Assembly: GCA_963674705.1 (NCBI GenBank)
Contig: OY771506.1
Location: 416,001-480,000 of the forward strand
Length of the DNA: 64,000 nucleotides
Direction: 5' to 3'
Origin: Phycisphaeraceae bacterium
GTDB taxonomy: Bacteria; Planctomycetota; Phycisphaerae; Phycisphaerales; Phycisphaeraceae
Shown: positions 41,359 through 51,225 of the stretch, in pieces
Layout of the letters: each line of letters begins with the position of its first letter
Position numbering within the stretch: the stretch's first letter is position 1
Notes under the pieces: model-generated
The model's database searches: none
Told to the model about the DNA's origin: nothing
Seen by the model: only the letters and a program-made list of their open reading frames with translations
Made by a program: the position numbers and the translations under genes

Positions 41359-42144
41359 TTAACCCCGCTGCGCCTTACGACGACGCACCGCAACACCCGC
41401 CGCACCCGCTGCAAGCAACATCAGCGAACCCGGCTCGGGAATGCTCGGCGTACCACCGCTCGGTGGCGTGCCTTCGTTCCAGTGATTCAACACAACATCC
41501 AGGTCGTCCAGGCCCACAAAACCATCGCCATTGATGTCGCCGGGGATCGCTGCCACACCGTTGTCGCCTGCCGCAATCGCCGCGCCGCTGTCTTCATACG
41601 CCCAGCCGTGCACCGTGATCCGCGTGTTGCCGGCAACCACGCCCGGCTCGATCGTCATCGCCATCCAGCCGAAGTAGCCCTGCGACGTCTGCAAACCCAT
41701 GTATCCAACAGATGCGAATGTGCCGGAGTTCAACACCTGCGCGCCGTAGAACGTCCCGGCCTCGACGGCCGTACCGTCAATCGTCGAGCCGGGTGCGAAC
41801 GCCGTGGCATACGCGAACGCATCGCCGCTGCCGGTAAACACCGTTCCGGCATCCGTATCACCATCGTCCGCGAACGCCGTGTTGTACCCGCCGGCACCCA
41901 GCCGCACGTCCTGCACGCCGTCGTTATCCAGGTCGAAGTAGTTTGCGTAGCCGTAGGTGATCGGATTGATCACGATGTCGAAGCTCGGCACACCAGCGTT
42001 ATAAGTCCCGCCGTTGCTGATAATTGCAGCGTCTGCCGCGTTCCCCAGGCCCAGCGCGAACGCCCCGAGGCCTGCCGCATGAACGTATTTTGACCATTCC
42101 AGATGTGACTTTGTCAACGTTGATGCTGCCTTCAATTCACTCAT
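41359..42144 (-). CDS. PEP-CTERM surface protein (YFGW...WAY domain) with dockerin-like tail
   Basis: GGAGG RBS before MSELK; close paralog of 40474-41136 plus GDINGDGFVGLDDLD and IPEP. Confidence 0.85.
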   Translation of the reverse strand: MSELKAASTLTKSHLEWSKYVHAAGLGAFALGLGNAADAAIISNGGTYNAGVPSFDIVINPITYGYANYFDLDNDGVQDVRLGAGGYNTAFADDGDTDAGTVFTGSGDAFAYATAFAPGSTIDGTAVEAGTFYGAQVLNSGTFASVGYMGLQTSQGYFGWMAMTIEPGVVAGNTRITVHGWAYEDSGAAIAAGDNGVAAIPGDINGDGFVGLDDLDVVLNHWNEGTPPSGGTPSIPEPGSLMLLAAGAAGVAVRRRKAQRG

Positions 42145-42245
42145 CTTCTTAAACCTCCTACAGTTAGAAAATTTCGATAGGACCAGCCAAGCCATGATGT
42201 CGCCCCGGGGGTGCTCAACTGCCACGCCTTGCCCTGGGTGCGTGG

Positions 42246-42302
42246 ATTTATCTTGACAGACGGGATTAGCCCTGTCAAGATAAATTCGTGCCGCGAACGA
42301 AT
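42246..42302. promoter_or_regulatory. Symmetric divergent promoter/operator region
   Basis: ATTTATCTTGACAG-N12-CTGTCAAGATAAAT perfect 14-bp IR; adjacent ATTCGT-N7-ACGAAT. Confidence 0.6.
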
Positions 42303-42371
42303 AAACCTTAATTTTCTTTTTTGGCCTCCACACCAACAGGCTCACGCCAACGAAACCAAGGACTCTAATCA

Positions 42372-44189
42372 ATGCATCCTATTGACTGGACTATAGTTAT
42401 TGGATATGTCGTCATCGCCCTCGGTGTCGGGCTCATGATGATGAAGAAGGCGTCGCAGAACCTCGGCGAGTTCTATCTCGCCGGGCGATCGCTGCCTTGG
42501 TGGGTCGCAGGCACCTCGCTCGTAGCTACCAGTTTCTCCGCGGATACCCCCCTCTTCGTCGCCGGACTTGTCCGCACCGAGGGCGTGTTCGGCAACTGGT
42601 TCTGGTGGTCCACCGCCATGGCCGCCCTCGCCACCGTCTTCTTCTTCGCCCGCCTCTGGCGCAGACTCGACATCCTCACCGACATCGAATTCCTCGTTGT
42701 CCGCTATGACCAGTCCCCCGCCCGCGCGGTGCTCCGCATCTTCCGCGCGATGTTTGACGGCATTCTCGTCAACTGCATCATCATGGCGTCCGTCACGCTC
42801 GCCGCCTCCAAACTCATCCAGACCATGCTCGGGCTCTCGGGCGACGCCCTGTTCACCATCCCCTTCGTTTGCGACATCACCTCCACCACGCTCGTCATGC
42901 TCTCGCTCGGACTGATCGCGCTGATCTACACCACCCTCTCCGGGCTCTACGGCGTGGTCTACACCGACCTCGTTCAGTTCACGCTCGCGATCATCGGCGC
43001 GTTCGCACTGGCGATCGCTGCGTACCTGGCTGCAGCGGAAAACGGGCCGGTCATGCAGCAGATCACCGCGCTTGAAAACTATCACGCCGAGCAGACCGCG
43101 ATGTTCCCGCCCATGCAAGGCAACGGCCTGGCGCTGTTCACCTTCATCGTCTACGTCGGCTTCTCCTGGTGGGGTGGCGCGCCCGGCAACGGTTTTGCCA
43201 TCCAGCGCCTGCTCGCCACGCGCTCTGAACGCGACTCCATGCTCGCGTTCCTCTGGTACAGCGTGTGTCACTTCGTCGTCCGCCCCTGGCCTTGGATCAT
43301 CGTCGGGCTCATTTCGATGTTGTACTTCCCCGGGCTTGATGATGCGGAAAACGCTTATCCACTCATGATCGAGCGTTTCCTGCCGATCGGACTCAAAGGC
43401 GTCATGGTCGCGTCGCTGCTCGCAGCATTCATGAGCACGCTCGATACACACCTGAACTGGGGCTCATCCTATCTCATTAACGATGTGTACAAACCCTACA
43501 TCAAGCCGCGCGATGACGATCGGCACTATGTGCTCGCTGCGCGCTGGTCGATGGTGTTGCTTACCGTGGCTATGCTCATCGTGACCACGCAGATCAACGG
43601 CATCCTCGATGCGTACAAGTACCTCGGCGTCATCACCGGCGGCGCAGGCACCGTCATGGTCGCTCGCTGGTACTGGTGGCGCGTCAATGTCTACAGCGAG
43701 ATCAGCGCGATGGCGGCATCGCTTATCCTCGGCAACATCGTCGCGTATTACCTGCCCGACAAGACGCTCGCCGATGGAACCTTCGCCACCTACTTCGGGC
43801 ACCGCTTCCTCATCAACATGTTCGGCTGCCTCGTCGTCTGGATCACCGTCACGCTGTTCATCCCCGCCAAACCCACCGCGCAGGCGATCGCGTTCTTCAA
43901 GAAGACCGGCGTCGGCGGGCCCGGCTGGAAGCGCGTCGCCGATGACACGCACACAACCATCCCGCCGATGAACTTCGGCTTCCACGTGCTCGGTTGGATC
44001 ACCGGCTGCGTCTTCATCCTCTGTTTGCTTCTCGGCGTCGGCGAAGTGATCTTCGTCCGCTTCATCCCGGCGGCGCTCTACCTCGGCGCATCGGTCATCG
44101 CGGGCGCGTTGCTCATCACCAAGTTCAGCAAGTTGTTTGAAAATCCAAAAGAAAACATGGCGGAGAATAGCGCGGTCGGGCCGGCGTGA
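42372..44189 (+). CDS. Sodium:solute symporter family transporter
   Basis: EFYLAGRSLPWW, ATSFSADTP, QRLLA, AAFMST; many TM helices. Confidence 0.92.
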   Translation: MHPIDWTIVIGYVVIALGVGLMMMKKASQNLGEFYLAGRSLPWWVAGTSLVATSFSADTPLFVAGLVRTEGVFGNWFWWSTAMAALATVFFFARLWRRLDILTDIEFLVVRYDQSPARAVLRIFRAMFDGILVNCIIMASVTLAASKLIQTMLGLSGDALFTIPFVCDITSTTLVMLSLGLIALIYTTLSGLYGVVYTDLVQFTLAIIGAFALAIAAYLAAAENGPVMQQITALENYHAEQTAMFPPMQGNGLALFTFIVYVGFSWWGGAPGNGFAIQRLLATRSERDSMLAFLWYSVCHFVVRPWPWIIVGLISMLYFPGLDDAENAYPLMIERFLPIGLKGVMVASLLAAFMSTLDTHLNWGSSYLINDVYKPYIKPRDDDRHYVLAARWSMVLLTVAMLIVTTQINGILDAYKYLGVITGGAGTVMVARWYWWRVNVYSEISAMAASLILGNIVAYYLPDKTLADGTFATYFGHRFLINMFGCLVVWITVTLFIPAKPTAQAIAFFKKTGVGGPGWKRVADDTHTTIPPMNFGFHVLGWITGCVFILCLLLGVGEVIFVRFIPAALYLGASVIAGALLITKFSKLFENPKENMAENSAVGPA

Positions 44190-44343
44190 GACAGGCGTTC
44201 CACGAGCTGCCTCTTTTCGACCGCGATCGTGCGCATACTCACCAAACACGACTGGCCCGTGCGCATGTAGAGCGGTGGATAACCGCATACCCCTGTGCGC
44301 CATTTTTGCATTGTGACTTTGAGTCGTGTATCGCCCGATTGCG

Positions 44344-45870
44344 TTACTCAAGCGTCAGCGCGGCAAACGCGAGCGCGGGCAGCTCGATCGTGATGTTCTT
44401 TCCCGACTGCCCGACGATCTGAGCGTTCACGATCTTGCCATGATCCTTGTCAATGTAGCGCAGCGTCGGCTTCAAACCTTCGATGGTTCTATCGAACTGA
44501 ATCTTTAGCCGCCGCGCGCCGTCTTGCTTGTTAAGCAGCAGGACCGCTTGCGCGCTATCTTCATCATCCGATGCTGCTATCACCACAAGCTGCTCGCCAT
44601 CATGCTTCACCTCAACCTGCTGCTTATCCAACACTGTTGAGAACAAACGCATCATCGACAGCGAAGCGGTTTCATGATGCGGCGGCTCGTGCGTGATGAT
44701 GCTTTCGAAGCGATCTTGCCTGGGCCAGACCTCGCGTGAGCTTTGCCAGAGCAGCGTCCATAAACATGTGATGTCCGCGCCGCCATCGAGAAACGCCATC
44801 AGCATTTCACTTTGCATCAGTGCGATCTGCGCATCGGGTAAGTCCCATGTAAAGTCGCTTGGGCCGATGTTCCATTCGAGCACGACGATGCGGATGTCGG
44901 GAAAGCCCGCATCACTGCACATCTTGCAGATCAATTTCATGTCTTCGCCGAACGGCCGATCCATCCAGTCGTCTTTCCATTGATCGCCCGACCGCATCGG
45001 TGTCTGGCTTAGCCACTTGTCCCACGACGAGGTGCCCCACGACCAGTACCAGTGCATGTCGATGTAGTCGACGACGGGGCCGGCAGTTTCGATGAAGTGC
45101 TTGAAACCCTTGAAGTGATTGATCGTTTCCGACGATGCGGGGTTCACGATCAGCTTCGCATCGGGAAACTCCTTCTTGATCGCTTTGCCGAAGTAAAGCA
45201 CATCTTCCGCGTATTGATTTTTTCGGAACGTATACGCCGCCTCGTAATGCCAGGGTTCGTTATCCAAAAACCAGTACTTGACTTTAAAACCTTTCTCCTT
45301 GCAGTAGCGCATCAGGCGCAGCGCTTCATCAAGACCTTCTGCACGTCGGTCGAAACGCCTGCCGCAAGACAGATTCAAACCAATAACAGGTTCGGCGTTC
45401 AACGCACGGCAACGCTTCATGTAGTCGTCGATACTCATGAAGTTTTCGTTGGTTTCCCAGTCTTTCGGATCGACCCAAGTCACCTGAAACGGGCCACGGT
45501 CGCGCGGATTGCCGAAGACTTTAGGGTCGTCGTGGATGTCTTCGTAGCCATTCACGCCCGGATGCTCCCAGTGATAGAAGCTCGTTTCTTCTCCGCCGGG
45601 ATAGCGTAGCGCGCCGATACCTGCCTTGCGTACCTTGTCTTCGAGGTTGAACTTCTCCCAGAATTCATCGGTATCGTTGAAGTAGCTGAGGTTGATGCCG
45701 AGGAAGCTATGGGGGATGTGTCTGTGGACCTGTTGCGTGTTGACCGTGATGGTTTCCGCTTTCTCTTGTGCGTCAGCGGCCGGCGTTTGCTGTTCGGCCT
45801 GGCCGACAGTGCAGCTTGCGAGCAGCAAGCAGAACAGAACGAACAGGTGTGTGACTGGTTGGCGTGCCAT
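44344..45870 (-). CDS. Secreted clan GH-A glycoside hydrolase (GH51/GH44/GH79-like)
   Basis: Signal peptide; LRYPGG, WFLDNEP (acid/base), VLEWN (nucleophile), beta-sandwich C-terminus. Confidence 0.7.
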   Translation of the reverse strand: MARQPVTHLFVLFCLLLASCTVGQAEQQTPAADAQEKAETITVNTQQVHRHIPHSFLGINLSYFNDTDEFWEKFNLEDKVRKAGIGALRYPGGEETSFYHWEHPGVNGYEDIHDDPKVFGNPRDRGPFQVTWVDPKDWETNENFMSIDDYMKRCRALNAEPVIGLNLSCGRRFDRRAEGLDEALRLMRYCKEKGFKVKYWFLDNEPWHYEAAYTFRKNQYAEDVLYFGKAIKKEFPDAKLIVNPASSETINHFKGFKHFIETAGPVVDYIDMHWYWSWGTSSWDKWLSQTPMRSGDQWKDDWMDRPFGEDMKLICKMCSDAGFPDIRIVVLEWNIGPSDFTWDLPDAQIALMQSEMLMAFLDGGADITCLWTLLWQSSREVWPRQDRFESIITHEPPHHETASLSMMRLFSTVLDKQQVEVKHDGEQLVVIAASDDEDSAQAVLLLNKQDGARRLKIQFDRTIEGLKPTLRYIDKDHGKIVNAQIVGQSGKNITIELPALAFAALTLE

Positions 45871-45915
45871 CGGGCGTCTCCGTTACGAAGTAAGTATAGA
45901 CGTTCTTGTGATGGG

Positions 45916-47388
45916 TTATTGAGCGTGGACTTCGCCGCGGCGTTGTTCGAGCGCGTTGCGCGTCTCGGTAGCGCGTTTGGCGGTGATCGGGTAGAAGTAC
46001 AAGGCAACCAGCGCGAACAGCGCTGTCAACGCCGGGCCGCCGGCGAGGAAGAGTCGCATCTTGGTGAATGTCCCCGGCATCTGGTCGACACCGGCCTCGA
46101 CGACAAAACCCGCAACCGCAAGCGCCAAGCCCGTGCCGAAGTATGCTACCGATACGACCATCTTCTCGAGCCAGGAGAAGACCGCGCTGAACATCCCTTC
46201 GCGCCGCTGGCCGTGCTGTAATTCATCTTCATCGCAGACGTCCGCCATCATGGACGCGAGCATGATCTTCACCGCGACCCACATCGGCCCACAAAGAAGC
46301 GGATCGATGAGGATGATCGGGTCGACGGTGATTTTCCATTCGCCGAATCCGACAAGGTACATCGTGTGACCGGGCGTGAAGATGAACCATTTGGCGATGC
46401 CGCCGACAACCATGAGTGCATAGACGAAGTAGAGCGAGCCGTGCTTGCCGAACTTATTGGCAAGCCAGGTGATGACGGGGATCGCGGCGAAGCCAACAAC
46501 ACCATAACCCGTCGTCAGCAGACCCTTCTGGATAAGCCCAGCGCCCTTGTTGCCTTCGTTCATAAAGTAGACGAGCAGGTACTGGTCGATCCCCATCGCG
46601 AGCACGCCGGAGAGCGTGTTGAGTACGATGATCGAAACAAGAACTAAAAACGGTTTGTTACTGCACGCGCTCTTGGCACTATCCCAGAGCTTGACGGTTT
46701 GTTGATTAGACACTTTGTGGAAGAAACGTTCGCGAACGAACAAGCCGGGCAAAGTGCCGATGCCCGCCATGATGGCGATCCCGACGATCCACGCCATGAC
46801 ATGCACGCCTTCGATGGTGATGTCTTCGGCATCAACAACAAGCGCGAGACTGATCGCGGTCGCCAGTGGGAGCATCCACCCGCCGAGCAGTTCGCCCAGC
46901 TTATGGAAGAACGCGAGGAATGCCATGACGCGCGTTCGTTCGTGGTAGTCCGGCGTCATCTCGTAGGACAGCGCAGCAAAAGGCACAGAAAACACGGTAT
47001 ACGCAGTGAAAAACGCGATCTGTAAAACGATGAAGTAGATGATCTTCCAGGCGTCGCTGAACGCGGCCGGGACGTACCAGATGGCAATGAAGATCAGGCC
47101 CATCGACACCGCGCCGACGACGATGAAAGGCTTGCGGCGTCCGAAGCGTGAATGACAGTTGTCAGAAATCCGCCCCATGATGGGATCAGACAGCGCGTCC
47201 CAGAAGCGAGGGATCATCAGCGCGATGCCGACCCAGAACGCGCTGATGCCGAGCATCATGTTGTAGACGGGGTACGCCAGCACGCTGATGCCTGCGTAGC
47301 CGAAGAACGCGGCGAGCGCGCCGATGCCCAGCGAAGACTTTTCAAAAAGTCCGACGCGGTCCTCGGGGCGTGTGGTGCTTGATGCCAT
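45916..47388 (-). CDS. GPH-family (MelB-like) MFS sugar transporter
   Basis: WDALSDPIMGRISD..SRFGRRKPF, EMTPDYHERT, MMADVCDEDE..RREG. Confidence 0.92.
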   Translation of the reverse strand: MASSTTRPEDRVGLFEKSSLGIGALAAFFGYAGISVLAYPVYNMMLGISAFWVGIALMIPRFWDALSDPIMGRISDNCHSRFGRRKPFIVVGAVSMGLIFIAIWYVPAAFSDAWKIIYFIVLQIAFFTAYTVFSVPFAALSYEMTPDYHERTRVMAFLAFFHKLGELLGGWMLPLATAISLALVVDAEDITIEGVHVMAWIVGIAIMAGIGTLPGLFVRERFFHKVSNQQTVKLWDSAKSACSNKPFLVLVSIIVLNTLSGVLAMGIDQYLLVYFMNEGNKGAGLIQKGLLTTGYGVVGFAAIPVITWLANKFGKHGSLYFVYALMVVGGIAKWFIFTPGHTMYLVGFGEWKITVDPIILIDPLLCGPMWVAVKIMLASMMADVCDEDELQHGQRREGMFSAVFSWLEKMVVSVAYFGTGLALAVAGFVVEAGVDQMPGTFTKMRLFLAGGPALTALFALVALYFYPITAKRATETRNALEQRRGEVHAQ

Positions 47389-47444
47389 GTGCGTTAGCGT
47401 GTGTGATGAATCGGAATCGTGAATTCAAAAACGAAAACAAACGA

Positions 47445-47696
47445 TCAAACTTCAGCGGGCCAGTCTTCTTCATCCTTGGCTCGGATGGCATCGACGGTCC
47501 AGCGTTTGAGCATGTGTTTGTAACGCTGCTTGTAGACCTGGTAGAGCGCGAGGATCTCCATCTCGTCGCCGACAAAGTTGCAGCGGCGGCAATAGAAGTC
47601 TTCCGACCCGGCTTCCTGCAAGAGGTCGTAATCGATCTCGCGCATCAGGCAGATCGGGCAGCGGTAGTTTATTTTGCCTGTTCGACCTTGAGACAC
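47445..47696 (-). CDS. Small Cys4 zinc-ribbon-like protein
   Basis: CPIC..CRRC; GTG start with GAGGAG RBS inside the end of the upstream gene (28-nt overlap). Confidence 0.75.
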   Translation of the reverse strand: MSQGRTGKINYRCPICLMREIDYDLLQEAGSEDFYCRRCNFVGDEMEILALYQVYKQRYKHMLKRWTVDAIRAKDEEDWPAEV

Positions 47697-49504
47697 GTCA
47701 CAAGCTCCTCGTTGAGTCCGATGGTTTTAACTAATCCGATCTTCAGGTTGGGTGCGAACGAATACCCCTCTTCAAAGTAGCCCCGGCAAGGCTCGGTTAA
47801 CGGCATCAAACTGACCTTCGTCTGCACCATCGGGATAACAGCCTCAACAACCTGCGCATCATCGAGCGAGGCTTCACGACAAAGATATTCATAAGAAACG
47901 TCTTCGCGTTTACCATCCTTACTTAGAACTGAAAGTGTGCAGCCGGTGAGGTCTTCGGGGTATTCGGTCGTGCCCCAGCACGAGGTCAGAAATTCATCGA
48001 CCTCGATCGTCGCATCCGGCTTGGATGCACTGATAAGCTTGCGTTTTATCTCGATTTTTCCTGTATTTGGCGCGAAACGGTACGTCGTCGCTAACTCAAT
48101 CGTCAGGTCCTTGAACTCGATCGTAACGGGCTTGACGGTCAACACGCGCACTTCCCCATCCTGCGAAGCGCGGCCGATCGTTCTGCATGAACTCAGATCG
48201 ATCTCTTCACCCTGGTAGCGCACCTTGCAACTCTTGATCGCGCCTTCGCCGGCATAGTGAACGAAAGGCCCGGCTCTATAGCGCGACTGCACGATGTAGG
48301 GATAGGATGCATCCTGGTTCGCCTCCGTGCCCGCGCCGCAAGGGCGCTGGAGTTTGGAAGCGTATGGGCGCAGGTCGGTAATTGCGCCGCCGAGTTTCAG
48401 ATCGATCTGCACGCGGAACTTGCTGTCGACATACCAGTATGCCTGGTTCTTCGTGCCGAAGGCGATGTCTTTCCAGTGGCCGACGATCGGGCCGCTGCGC
48501 GGTTGGTTGGCGCGGAACCAGTCGGCGAACTCGGTCATGGTCATGTCGACGACTTCGTTTTGCTTCTTTAATTCGCCGTAGTATGCGAGGAAGTCTTCGT
48601 AGCTTTTCTTGAGGATGCGGTAAGGCGCTTCCCACCGCCCGGCCTTGCCCATCCAGCCGGGGCCGACATAGACGAGGTTGTAGCTGAAGCCGTTGTTTTG
48701 ATCTTTGAGTACGCGGTAATGGTCGACGATGTTGTACATGTAGGGAAGACGTTCGTCTTCGTAGTTCAGACCGCGGATGATGTTCTGCGGGTGTGTGCCC
48801 CACATGTCGCCGGGATTATCCATGATCGCCAGCAGGTCGCGCGAAAGGTGCGGCACGGCGACGATGCCAAGGTCGTCTTCTTCGGATTCGGCGATGGCGT
48901 GCATGTTTTGTTTGGAAGGGATCCACGCTGTCCATGGCGAGCCGTCCATGATGGTGTACCACGAGTTGTTCGCGTGGCGGAAAACTTTCGGGCCTTCCTC
49001 GAAGCAGGTCGTGACGGCGGTCTTGACCATCGGGTACTTTTGTTTAATGAACGCGACGAGTTCGGCATCCATGAAGTACGAGCCTGTCGAGGTGGGGTAG
49101 AACCCGAAGACTTCCATGAATCGCTCGAAGGAATCGACCACGATGCGCTGCTTGTCGGCCATGTTATAAAGCCAGATGGCCGGGTCTTTGCGCTTGTATT
49201 TTTCGCGGAATTCCCTGCAGTTTACGCCTAAAAACGTGTGGCCGATCTCGTCGCCGAACTGCTTGTGATGCTCCTTGGCGATCGCGCAGGCCTCGTCGTT
49301 GTACAAGGCTGCGTACGTCATCTGGATCGTGGTTTTCAGGCCGTTCTGATGGGCGATATCCTGCTGAAGCCTGAAGATGTCGAGCGACTCGGTAACGACT
49401 TCGCGCTTACTGAGTTGTTCGGATTGACCCTGCTGCGCATCGGTGTCGATGTATTCGGGGACAAGCTCCGGACGATGGATCACGTTGAGCGCGAACATAT
49501 CCAA
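47669..49504 (-). CDS. Cytoplasmic hypothetical carbohydrate-active protein (NodB/GH57-like barrel suspected)
   Basis: 611 aa, no signal peptide, strong codon bias; GDEIGH and FMEVFGFYPTSTGSYFMD recall CE4/GH57-like barrels; beta-rich C-terminus. Confidence 0.55.
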   Translation of the reverse strand: MDMFALNVIHRPELVPEYIDTDAQQGQSEQLSKREVVTESLDIFRLQQDIAHQNGLKTTIQMTYAALYNDEACAIAKEHHKQFGDEIGHTFLGVNCREFREKYKRKDPAIWLYNMADKQRIVVDSFERFMEVFGFYPTSTGSYFMDAELVAFIKQKYPMVKTAVTTCFEEGPKVFRHANNSWYTIMDGSPWTAWIPSKQNMHAIAESEEDDLGIVAVPHLSRDLLAIMDNPGDMWGTHPQNIIRGLNYEDERLPYMYNIVDHYRVLKDQNNGFSYNLVYVGPGWMGKAGRWEAPYRILKKSYEDFLAYYGELKKQNEVVDMTMTEFADWFRANQPRSGPIVGHWKDIAFGTKNQAYWYVDSKFRVQIDLKLGGAITDLRPYASKLQRPCGAGTEANQDASYPYIVQSRYRAGPFVHYAGEGAIKSCKVRYQGEEIDLSSCRTIGRASQDGEVRVLTVKPVTIEFKDLTIELATTYRFAPNTGKIEIKRKLISASKPDATIEVDEFLTSCWGTTEYPEDLTGCTLSVLSKDGKREDVSYEYLCREASLDDAQVVEAVIPMVQTKVSLMPLTEPCRGYFEEGYSFAPNLKIGLVKTIGLNEELVTCLKVEQAK

Positions 49505-49545
49505 GTGGTCAGACCCTTACTTATCGATTGCTTAAAAAAGACGGA

Positions 49546-50694
49546 TCAGGTCAGGCTGGTGACCTGCGAGGACTTTTGCGTAAAGCGTGCGAACGCATCC
49601 AGCGCGGGCAGCGCTTCACCGGATTCATCGAACAGCGCGCGGGGCCAGCAGGTTTGGGCATCCGGCTCATCTTTGTAGCTGTCAACGTGAATCCATTCAG
49701 GCGCCCAGTAGAACAGGCCATCGAGACCGGGTGCGCTGCGTGATCCACGCACGACCTTGAGCAGGTCGGTGACGAAACGGTTTTGCCCTTCGGGAGTTAA
49801 CGGATAGCCGACGGGTTGCGTGCTGGGGATGCCGAAGGTTTCGGTGTCGGTCTGTATGTCGGGCGAATCGCTGTAAGCGGGGTGCGCTTTGTATGGGAAC
49901 GCGGTTTCGACGACGTAGATGCGCTTGTTGAACTGCTGGCGCAGGTGCCGGACAGTGTCGCGCAGGTCGGTCATCGAGCCGTGCCAGAACGGGTAGTACG
50001 ACAAGCCGATGGCGTCGTAAGGTACTTGCTGGATCTCGATCGATCGGAAGTAAGCCGAGGCTGCACGGTGGTTTCCGCCACGATCGATGTGGAGCATGAT
50101 CTGGACGGGTTGGTTTGCACCTTCGCGCACGCCTCGCACGCCGGCTTTGAGCAGGCCGGCGAATCGGCCCCAGGCTTTGGCGTTGTCGGCGAAGTCCTTC
50201 TCGCTCCATGAAGGCTCGTTGGTCAGGTGGGCGTGGGCGATGCGGCCGTGGTCCCAGAGCATGCCGGGGGTGATTTCGTTGCCGATCTGGACGCTGGACG
50301 GGCAGCAGCCGCGGGCGGAGAGGTCCTGGAAGACGTCGCGCGTGTAGGTGAACATGGCGTCGACGGTATCTTTGTAACTCAAGTCCTGCCAAGCCTTTGG
50401 GATGTATTGCTTGGCGGGATCGGCCCAGGTGTCGGAGTAGTGCATGCAGAGCATAACCTGCATGTCGGCGTCGATGCATTGCCTGGCGAGATCGCGTGTG
50501 TAGGCGAGGTCGTTGACCTGCGCGCCTTGGCCGGAGGGCGTGTGGAAGAGGCGAAGGCGGGCACAAGTGATGCCGGCTTCGCGGAGGATGGTCAGGGGCG
50601 GCGCGGGGACGGCGTTGCGGGTGTAGACGGCCCCGTGGTCGACCAACTGCTTAAGCATCGAGATGTCGGCTCCGAGGAGCGGCTGCTTAGTCAT
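49546..50694 (-). CDS. GH53 endo-beta-1,4-galactanase, no signal peptide
   Basis: GADIS, RLRLF, HYSDTWADPAKQ, QIGNEI, GLSYYPFWHG, VVET. Confidence 0.92.
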   Translation of the reverse strand: MTKQPLLGADISMLKQLVDHGAVYTRNAVPAPPLTILREAGITCARLRLFHTPSGQGAQVNDLAYTRDLARQCIDADMQVMLCMHYSDTWADPAKQYIPKAWQDLSYKDTVDAMFTYTRDVFQDLSARGCCPSSVQIGNEITPGMLWDHGRIAHAHLTNEPSWSEKDFADNAKAWGRFAGLLKAGVRGVREGANQPVQIMLHIDRGGNHRAASAYFRSIEIQQVPYDAIGLSYYPFWHGSMTDLRDTVRHLRQQFNKRIYVVETAFPYKAHPAYSDSPDIQTDTETFGIPSTQPVGYPLTPEGQNRFVTDLLKVVRGSRSAPGLDGLFYWAPEWIHVDSYKDEPDAQTCWPRALFDESGEALPALDAFARFTQKSSQVTSLT

Positions 50695-50839
50695 TGCGGG
50701 GGCTGCACTTCTGATGAATGCGGACCGTGCTGGTGGTCGGCTGCGGGGCGCTGGGCAAGGCCGAAGCACCGATCGCGAGGCCGTATCCGGTCCCGTCCTC
50801 CAAAGGCTGAGGTCATTTATTCTGCAAGGCATCGTAACA

Positions 50840-50851
50840 TTGAACGTTCAA
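50840..50851. promoter_or_regulatory. Candidate LacI-family operator
   Basis: TTGAACGTTCAA perfect palindrome; related sites at 51065, 52462, 52524. Confidence 0.6.
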
Positions 50852-51225
50852 ATAGTCAAATGTTTGTAGTAAAAGCATCCTATTTGTGTTTTCGGGGTGG
50901 TGATACGGGCAGCACGATGACGGGCCTAATAAGGATCATTTGCGGCGACGGAACCGGGGCAGCGTCCGAATCCATAAACTATTGTCAAATCAATCTATGA
51001 AAGCATAAATCCCTGTTATTTTCAGGGATTTTTCCTCGACATGAGCCTGGCATGGGGTAGAATATTGAAACCTTCAAGTAAATGGGACACTGTGGGTTGG
51101 CCGGGTGGCCCGGTGACAATCCGAAGAGCATCCGGTGAAGCTCCGGGGCAATCCGCGGGTGGCCGTTCGGGACGGGCGGGTTTTCCCGTAGGTCTTTATG
51201 TTGTATTTTGTAATGAACATTCACA

